Shown here piece by piece: positions 11,917 through 20,500 of a DNA stretch of 38,687 bases (the first letter of the stretch is position 1; each line of letters begins with the position of its first letter). The notes under the pieces are model-generated. The model searched no databases. It had not been told where the DNA came from and worked only from the letters and a program-made list of their open reading frames with translations. This stretch comes from Azolla caroliniana (taxonomy: Eukaryota; Plantae; Polypodiophyta). Made by a program: the position numbers and the translations under genes. The DNA is taken from assembly GCA_043228905.1 (NCBI GenBank), contig JBHGNT010000294.1:1-38687 (forward strand), written 5' to 3'.

Positions 11917-12040
11917 TTTTTTTCCCCCAATATTTCCCTTATATCTCACTAAAAACTATATTCTATCTCCCCCTCCCTTTTTTTCCCCCCCAATATTTCC
12001 CTTATATCTCACTAAAAACTATATTCCATCTCCCCCTCCC
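11917..12040 (+). repeat. Two-copy tandem duplication of about 63 bp in the pyrimidine-rich PLE 3' UTR
   Basis: CAATATTTCCCTTATATCTCACTAAAAACTATATTC starts at both 11928 and 11991. Confidence 0.9.
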
Positions 12041-12413
12041 CCTTTTTTTCCATTTCTCATCCCCTCTTCCTCTCACTACCTTTTTATACACTCTCTCTCT
12101 TCCCTCAACCCCTCTCCCTAATACCTCTTATTAACTTCCTTTAACTTTCCCTTCTTTCTTTTATTTACATATAATTACACACCCTACCACTCATTCATTT
12201 CCCCTTATTCACCTTTTCCTACTCCCTCATCTGTCTTATCACCCTATCAATCTTCCATTCACCAGCTCATTTTGTTTCCCCCCCATATCACCACCCCCTC
12301 TATCATCAAGATCTTCCAACTTAAAACCTTACAGCCCTCCATCTATTTACATTGTTATTGTACCCCACTCACTATGATTATACATTCTCCTCCCTTCCCC
12401 ATCCTCAACATCC

Positions 12414-12421
12414 TATATAAA
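12414..12421 (+). promoter_or_regulatory. Candidate TATA box of the PLE pseudo-LTR promoter
   Basis: CCTATATAAA context, ending about 20 nt upstream of hammerhead stem I. The call rests on motif and position only. Confidence 0.5.
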
Positions 12422-12440
12422 CCACCTTTTGTATGTACAT

Positions 12441-12499
12441 GACCTTTTGCACTGATGAGCTCTACCTAAAAGAGCGAAACTAGTTTGCTGCATAAGGTC
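12441..12499 (+). ncRNA. Type I hammerhead ribozyme (minimal, palindromic stem III)
   Basis: Stem I: GACCTT-tt-GCA / TGC-tgcat-AAGGTC. Core CTGATGA at 12452-12458. Stem II: GCTCT/AGAGC with loop ACCTAAA. GAAAC at 12476-12480, then a TA loop and a GTT cleavage triplet at 12483-12485. Confidence 0.9.
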
Positions 12500-12528
12500 T
12501 TTCCTTTTATTTTAATGGAATTTTCCTG

Positions 12529-12530
<2 letters not shown>

Positions 12531-12568
<38 letters not shown>
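12531..12568 (+). repeat. (TC)19 microsatellite
   Basis: Directly visible. It marks the left edge of the LINE target-site duplication. Confidence 0.97.
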
Positions 12569-12571
<3 letters not shown>

Positions 12572-12737
12572 ATGTGTGCTTAGAATCTTTTCTTATTACA
12601 TTATCTATGTAAACCCTAGACCTAATCCCGAAACCCTAATCCCGAAACCCTAATCCCGAAACCCTAATCCCGAAACCCTAATCTCGAAACCCTAAACCCT
12701 AATCCCAAAACCCTAATCCCAAAACCCTAATCCCGAA
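12555..12737 (+). repeat. Left copy of the long target-site duplication; includes the 14-bp telomere-like repeats (AAACCCTAATCCCG)n at 12611-12737
   Basis: (TC)n-TTTATGTGTGCTTAGAATCTTTTCTTATTACATTATCTATGTAAACCCTAGACCTAATCCCG...AATCCCGAA is repeated at 14239-14379. Confidence 0.9.
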
Positions 12738-14240
12738 TTTATGAGAAGGTTATATGTTGTGTGCGCATGAAAGATAAACTTTCAGATTTTTTCAAAAGCA
12801 CTATTGGTGTTAAGCAAGGATGCCCACTCTCACCAACACTATTTGGTCTATGCATTGATGAATTGGAAGAAATGGTTACCAAGTTTGCAAAGGAAGAATG
12901 TGTTGAAGAAGTTGCCATTGGGAATGTTGTGATTATGCTTTTGCTATATGCAGATGACGTAGTGCTTTTTGCAAATACTTTAGGAGATGCACAAAAGCTT
13001 ATGAAGGCATTGGAAAAATTTTGCATGCATACTAAATTAAGTGTCAATAGCTCTAAAACAAAGATTATGCTTGTGAAGAGCCAAAAAAGAGATAAACCAT
13101 GCATTATGTACAACAATGAGCCACTTGAATGTGTGGAAAGCTTCAAATATCTTGGCCTTGAAGTTCCTTCAAATCATAGATGGAATGAATGTGCTACACG
13201 CCGCTTAGAGGCGGGCAAACGAGCATACTATGCATTTGAGAACACATGCAATCTTGGAGATATTAAGTGTTGGGTCCTCAAGAAATATCTTTTTGACACT
13301 TTGGTGACACCAGTTCTTCTCTATGGGGTGGAAGTATGGGGCGGTAGCATCCCTAAGTCTATGTGGAAAGAGTTTGAAAATGTCCAAAAGCATTTTCTTA
13401 CCAAGTTTCTACAAGTTAAGAAACAAACGCCCTACACCCTCCTCCTCCTTGAGACGGGATCGCTTCCCATTGAGATCATGGCCATGGAAAGGGTTGTTGA
13501 ATACATGCTTAAGGTTCAAAAAAGTCCCTCACATCGACTTCCTAGAATTGCGTGGGAAACAAGCAAAAAGATCCAAAAGACGCATAAAAGCAAAATTTTG
13601 TGTTCCGGTTGGATGCAAGATATAGAAAAATGGTTTGGTAGATGGGATGCGAGACACTTGCTTCATGATGCATCATTAGATTCCTCTGTAAATGAGGCAT
13701 TTTTGCAATGCCAATGTATCATGACATGGGACAAATGTGGAGGCTCACGCTTCACACATTATACTACACATGTTGCACCTAACTACAAAACCATATTCTT
13801 TGCGGAACGGGGAAATCGTACACATCCATACATGTTAGAGCCCATACCGTTATCTGCCATTCGAACCATTGCTTCCATGCGACTTAGCTCACATGCATTG
13901 CGATGTGAAACAGGGCGTTGGGGTACAAGTGATGAGAGTGGTCGGCTATGCACACTTTGCCCTAAACAAGTTCGTGAGTCTGAGTATCACACTTTGATAC
14001 AATGCTCAGCCTTTGATCATATTCGACCATGCTTTCCACATCTCTTCGATCGAGCCCAATCTTTGCATGAATTCCTCTCACAACCACAATGTGCACTCTC
14101 GATTGCAACATTCATTGGTAAAGTTCTTGAACATCGAGAGTCACTACTCACTTTCACACGTATCACGTGAAATGTAATATTTTTGGTCTCATAGGTCATA
14201 TTTGATCTCCGAAGACGATAATATAATCTATCTATCTATC
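12738..14240 (+). mobile_element. 5'-truncated non-LTR retrotransposon (RTE/RTEX-like LINE) nested in the PLE
   Basis: It starts in the middle of an RT domain, has a short 3' UTR ending in an (ATCT)n tail at 14226-14240, and is flanked by a long direct repeat. The clade assignment is by eye. Confidence 0.88.
12740..14170 (+). pseudogene. C-terminal part of LINE ORF2 (second half of RT, thumb, CCHC zinc-binding motif); frame uninterrupted but 5'-truncated
   Basis: Motifs YEKVICCVR..., GVKQGCPLSPTLF, LLYADDVVL, VNSSKTKIM, FKYLG and RLSSHALRCETGRW...RLCTLC...ESEYHTLIQC. The endonuclease and N-terminal RT motifs are missing. Confidence 0.9.
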
Positions 14241-14379
14241 TCTCTCTCTCTCTTTATGTGTGCTTAGAATCTTTTCTTATTACATTATCTATGTAAACCC
14301 TAGACCTAATCCCGAAACCCTAATCCTGAAACCCTAATCTCGAAACCCTAAACCCTAATCCCAAAACCCTAATCCCGAA
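14239..14379 (+). repeat. Right copy of the long target-site duplication
   Basis: Matches 12555-12737 except for three fewer 14-bp units (42 bp) and a CCCG/CCTG substitution. Confidence 0.9.
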
Positions 14380-14433
14380 GCCCTAAACCCTAATCCCAAA
14401 ACCCTAAACCCTAATCCGGAAACCCTAAACCCT
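14295..14433 (+). repeat. Telomere-like repeat block near the PLE 3' end (AAACCCT alternating with AATCCCG/AATCCCA/AATCTCG variants)
   Basis: Directly visible, with the same C-strand polarity as the true telomere. Confidence 0.93.
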
Positions 14434-14516
14434 TTCCTATTACATTATCTACCATATCTAAAAGTCGCTCGCACTCCTTGTATCAACCTAACGGTTAATA
14501 AACAAAGCTAGATCGT

Positions 14517-17500
14517 ATTTTTTAATTCCATATCATAGCTAGCGTTGTTAGCTTCGATTCGCATGTTTGAACACATAAATCCGAGATGACAAGAGCCAGG
14601 TATGAACATTTTAATTTACCTACTAGCTCTTCTCAACTCACTCCTCAAATTTGGTAATTTCGTCATGTCTCTCGACCTGAGTTTCAAAATCTTGATTTTT
14701 TAATTCCATATCATAGCTAGCGTTAGCTTCGATTCGCATGTTTGAACACATAAATCCAATATCACACGAGCCAGGTATGAACATTTTAATTTACCTACTA
14801 GCTCTTCTCAACTCACTCCTCAAATTTGGTAATTTCGTCATGTCTCTCGACCTGAGTGTCAAAATCTTGATTTTTTATTTCCATATCATAGCTAGCGTTG
14901 TTAGCTTTGATTCGCATGTTTGAACACATAAATCCGATATTACACGAGCCATGTATGAACATTTTAATTTACTCAAGGGCTCCTCTCAACTCCCTTGTCA
15001 AGGTAGCTAATTTCATCATGTCTCTCGATCTAAGTTTCAAAATCTTGATTTTTTAATTCCATATCATAGCTAGCGTTGTTAGCTTCGATTCGCATGTTTG
15101 AACACATAATTCCGAGATGACAAGAGCCAGGTATGAACATTTTAATTTACCTACTAGCTCTTCTCAACTCACTCCTCAAATTTGGTAATTTCGTCATGTC
15201 TCTCGACCTGAGTTTCAAAATCTTGATTTTTTAATTCCATATCATAGCTAGCGTTGTTAGCTTCGATTCGCATGTTTGAACACATAAATCCAATATCACA
15301 CAAACCAGGTATGAACATTTTAATTTACCTACTAGCTCTTCTCAACTCACTCCTCAAATTTGGTAATTTCGTCATGTCTCTCGACCTGAGTGTCAAAATC
15401 TTGATTTTTTATTTCCATATCATAGCTAGCGTTGATAGCTTTGATTCGCATGTTTGAACACATAAATCCGATATTACACGAGCCAGGTATGAACATTTTC
15501 ATTTACTCAAGGGCTCCTCTCAACTCTCTTGTCAAGGTAGCTAATTTCATCATGTCTCTCGATCTAAGTTTCAAAATCTTGATTTTTTAATTCCATATCA
15601 TAGCTAGCGTTGTTAGCTTCGATTCGCATGTTTGAACACAAAAATCCGATATCACAGTCACCAGGTATGAACATTTAAATTTACCTACTAGCTCTTCTCA
15701 ACTCACTCCTCAAATTTGGTAATTTCTTCATGTCTGTCGACCTGAGTTTCAAAATCTTGATTTTTTAATTCCATATCATAGCTAGCGTTGTTAGCTTCGA
15801 TTCGCATGTTTGAACATAAAAATCCAATACCACAGTCGCCAGGTATGAACATTTAAATTTACCCCCTAGCTCTTCTCAACTCACTCCTCAAATTTGGTAA
15901 TTTCGTCATGTCTCTCGACCTGAGTTTCAATATCTTGATTTTTTGATTCCATATCATAACTAGAGTTGTTAGCTTCGATTTGCATGTTTGAACACAAAAA
16001 TCCGATATCACACGAGCCAGGTATGAACATTTTAATTTACTCAAGGGCTCGTCTCAACTCCCTTGTCAAGGATGCTAATTTCGTCATGTCTCTCGACCTG
16101 AGTTTCAAAATCTTGATTTTTTAATTCCATATCATAGCTAGCGTTGCTAGCTTCGTTTTGCATGTTTGAACACAAAAATCCGATATCACAGTCGCCAGGT
16201 ATGAACATTTAAATTTACCTACTAGCTCTTCTCAACTCACTCCTCAAATTTGGTAATTTCGTCATGTCTGTCGACCTGAGTTTCAAAATCTTGATTTTTT
16301 AATTCCATATCATAACTACCGTTGTTAGCTTCGATTGGCCTGTTTGAACACAAATATCCGATATCACACGAGCCAGGTATGAACATTTTAATTTACTCAA
16401 GGGCTCCTCTCAACTCCCTTGTCAAGGTTGCTAATTTCGTCATGTCTCTCGACCTGAGTTTCAAAATCTTGATTTTTTAATTCCATATCATACCTAGCGT
16501 TGTTATCTTCGATTCGCATGTTTGAACACAAAAATCCGATATCACAGTCGCGAGGTATGAACATTTAAATTTACCTACAAGCTTTTCTCAACTCACTCCT
16601 CAAATTTGGTAATTTCTTCATGTCTGTCGACCTGAGTTTCAAAATCTTGATTTTTTAATTCCATAACATAGCTAGCGTTGTTAGCTTCGATGCCCATGTT
16701 TGAACATAAAAATCCGATATCACAGTCGCCAGGTATGAACATTTAAATTTACCTACTAGCTCTTCTGAACTCACTCCTCAAATTTGGTAATTTCTTCATA
16801 TCTCTCGACCTGAGTTTCAAAATCTTGATTTCTTAATTCCATATCATAACTAGAGTTGTTAGCTTCGATTCGCATGTTTGAACACAAAAATCCGATATCA
16901 CACGAGCCAGGTATGAATATTTTAATTTACTCAAGGGCTCCTCTCAACTCCCTCCTCATGTTTGCTATTTTCGTCATGTCTCTCGACCTAAGTTTCAAAA
17001 TCTTGATTTTTTAATTCCATATCATAGCTAGCGTTGTTAGCTTCGATTCGCATGTTTGAACACATAAATCCGAGATGACAAGAGCCAGGTATGAACATTT
17101 AAATTTACCTACTAGCTCTTCTCAACTCACTCCTCAAATTTGGTAATTTCGTCATGTCTCTCGACCTGAGTTTCAAAATCTTGATTTTTTAATTCCATAT
17201 CACAGCTAGCGTTGTTAGCTTCAATTCGCATGTTTGAACACATAAATCCAATATCACACAGACCAGGTATGAACATTTTAATTTACCTACTAGCTCTTCT
17301 CAACTCACTCCTCAAATTTGGTAATTTCTTCATGTCTCTCGACCTGAGTGTCAAAATCTTGATTTTTTATTTCCATATCATAGCTAGCGTTGATAGCTTC
17401 GATTCAAATGTTTGAACACATAAATCCGATATTACACGAGCCAGGTATGAACATTTTAATTGATTGAAGGGCTCCTCTCAACTCTCTTGTCAAGGTAGCT

Positions 17501-20500
17501 AATTTCATCATGTCTCTCGATCTAAGTTTCAAAATCTTGATTTTTTAATTCCATATCATAGCTAGTGTTGTTAGCTTCGATTCGCATGTTTGAACACAAC
17601 TATCCGATATCACAGTCGCCAGGTATGAACATTTAAATTTACCTACTAGCTCTTCTCAACTCACTCCTCAAATTTGGTAATTTCTTCATGTCTGTCGACC
17701 TGAGTTTCAAAATCTTGATTTTTTAATTCCATATCATAGCTAGCGTTGTTAGCTTCGATTCGCATGTTTGAACATAAAAATCCAATATCACAGTCGCCAG
17801 GTATGAACATTTAAATTTACCTCCTAGCTCTTCTCAACTCACTCCTCAAATTTGGTAATTTCTTCATGTCTCTCGACCTGAGTTCCAATATCTTGATTTT
17901 TTAATTCCATATCATAACTAGAGTTGTTAGCTTCGATTTGCATGTTTGAACACAAAAATCCGATATCACACGAGCCAGGTATGAACATTTTAATTTACTC
18001 AAGGGCTCGTCTCAACTCCCTTGTCAAGGATGCTAATTTCGTCATGTCTCTCGACCTGAGTTTCAAAATCTTGATTTTTTAATTCCATATCATAGCTAGC
18101 GTTGCTAGCTTCGTTTTGCATGTTTGAACACAAAAATCCGATATCACAGTCGCCAGGTATGAACATTTAAATTTACCTACTAGCTCTTCTCAACTCACTC
18201 CTCAAATTTGGTAATTTCGTCATGTCTGTCGACCTGAGTTTCAAAATCTTGATTTTTTAATTCCATATCATAACTACCGTTGTTAGCTTCGATTGGCATG
18301 TTTGAACACAAATATCCGATATCACACGAGCCAGGTATGAACATTTTAATTTACTCAAGGGCTCCTCTCAACTCCCTTGTCAAGGTTGCTAATTTCGTCA
18401 TGTCTCTCGACCTGAGTTTCAAAATCTTGATTTTTTAATTCCATATCATACCTAGCGTTGTTATCTTCGATTCACATGTTTGAACACAAAAATCCGATAT
18501 CACAGTCGCGAGGTATGAACATTTAAATTTACCTACAAGCTTTTCTCAACTCACTCCTCAAATTTGGTAATTTCTTCATGTCTGTCGACCTGAGTTTCAA
18601 AATCTTGATTTTTTAATTCCATAGCATAGCTAGCGTTGTTAGCTTCGATCCGCATGTTTGAACATAAAAATCCGATATCACAGTCGCCAGGTATGAACAT
18701 TTAAATTTACCTACTAGCTCTTCTCAACTCACTCCTCAAATTTGGTAATTTCTTCATGTCTCTCGACCTGAGTTTCAAAATCTTGATTTCTTAATTCCAT
18801 ATCATAACTAGAGTTGTTAGCTTCGATTCGCATGTTTGAACACAAAAATCCGATATCACACGAGCCAGGTATGAATATTTTAATTTACTCAAGGGCTCCT
18901 CTCAACTCCCTCCTCATGTTTGCTATTTTCGTCATGTCTCTCGACCTAAGTTTCAAAATCTTGATTTTTTAATTCCATATCATAGCTAGCATTGTTAGCT
19001 TCGATTCGCATGTTTGAACACATAAATCCGATATCACACGAGCCAGTTATGAACATTTTAATTTACCTACTAGCTCTTCTCAACTCACTCCGCAAATTTG
19101 GTAATTTCGTCATGTCTCTGGACTTGAGTTTTAAAATCTTGATTTATGTTAGCTTCGATTCGCATGTTTGAACACAAAAATCCGATATCACAGTCGCCAG
19201 GTATGAACATTTAAATTTACCTACTAGCTCTTCTCAACTCACTCCTCAAATTTGGTAATTTCCTCATGTCTGTCGACCTGAGTTTCAAAATCTTGATTTT
19301 TTAATTCCATATCATAGCTAGCGTTGTTAGCTTCGATTCGCATGTTTGAACATAAAAATCCGATATCACAGTCGCCAGGTATGAACATTTAAATTTACCT
19401 ACTAGCTCTTCTCAACTCACTCCTCAAATTTGGTAATTTCTTCATGTCTCTCGACCTGAGTTTCAAAATCTTGATTTTTTAATTCCATATCATAGCTAGC
19501 GTTGTTAGCTTCGATTCGCATGTTTGAACACAAATATCCGATATCACACAAGCCAGGTATGAACATTTTAATTTACTCAAGGGCTCCTCTCAACTCCCTT
19601 GTCAAGGTTGCTAATTTCGTCATGTCTCTCGACCTGAGTTTCAAAATCCTAATTTTTTAATTCCATATCATAACTAGCGATGTTAGCTTCGATTCGCATG
19701 TTTGAACACAAAAATCCAATATCACAGTCGCCAGGTATGAACATTTAAATTTACCTACTAGCTCTTCTCAACTCACTCCTCAAATTTGGTAATTTCTTCA
19801 TGTCTGTCGACCTGAGTTTCAATATCTTGATTTTTTAATTCCATATCATAGCTAGTGTTGTTAGCTTCGATCCGCATGTTTGAACATAAAAATCCGATAT
19901 CACAGTCGCCAGGTATGAACATTTAAATTTACCTACTAGCTCTTCTCAACTCACTCCTCAAATTTGGTGATTTCTTCATGTCTCTCGACCTGAGTTTCAA
20001 AATCTTGATTTTTTAATTCCATATCATAGCTAGCGTTGTTAGCTTCGATTCGCATGTTTGAACACATAAATCCAATATCACACGAGCCAGGTATGAACAT
20101 TTTCATTTACCTACTAGCTCTTCTCAACTCACTCCTCAAATTTGGTAATTTCGTCATGTCTCTCGACCTGAGTGTCAAAATCTTGATTTTTTATTTCCAT
20201 ATCATAGCTAGCGTTGTTAGCTTCGATTGGCATGTTTGAAAACAAATATCCGATATCACACGAGCCAGGTCTGAACATTTTAATTTACTCAAGGGCTCCT
20301 CTCAACTCCCTTGTCAAGGTTGCTAATTTCGTCATCTCTCTCGACCTGATTTTTAAAATCTTGATTTTTTAATTCCATATCATACCTAGCGTTGTTAGCT
20401 TCGATTCGCATGTTTGAACACAAAAATCCGATATTACACGAGCCAGGTATGAACATTTTCATTTACTCAAGGGCTCTTCTCAACTCCCTCCTCAAGTTTG

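Larger units (their letters stand above)
8224..14516 (+). mobile_element. Endonuclease-lacking Penelope-like retroelement (Athena/Coprina-like architecture), 5'-truncated, carrying a nested LINE
   Basis: Non-satellite block bounded by satellite on both sides. It contains a PLE-type RT ORF with no GIY-YIG domain, an upstream low-complexity ORF, a hammerhead ribozyme, and C-strand telomere-like repeats near the 3' end. Confidence 0.9.

Noticed and set aside
8832-14199. Overlapping alternative-frame and antisense ORFs (8832-9299, 9391-9785, 10199-10663, 11865-12134, 12739-13146, 13205-13625, 14017-14199)
   Set aside because: They are shadows of real ORFs or of low-complexity UTR sequence, with no independent motifs.
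12555-14379. Direct repeats as the LTRs of an LTR element, or the two RTs as a single two-RT system
   Set aside because: The repeats lack TG...CA ends, PBS and PPT. The enclosed ORF is a 5'-truncated non-LTR RT with a simple-repeat tail, so a nested insertion with a TSD is the simpler reading.
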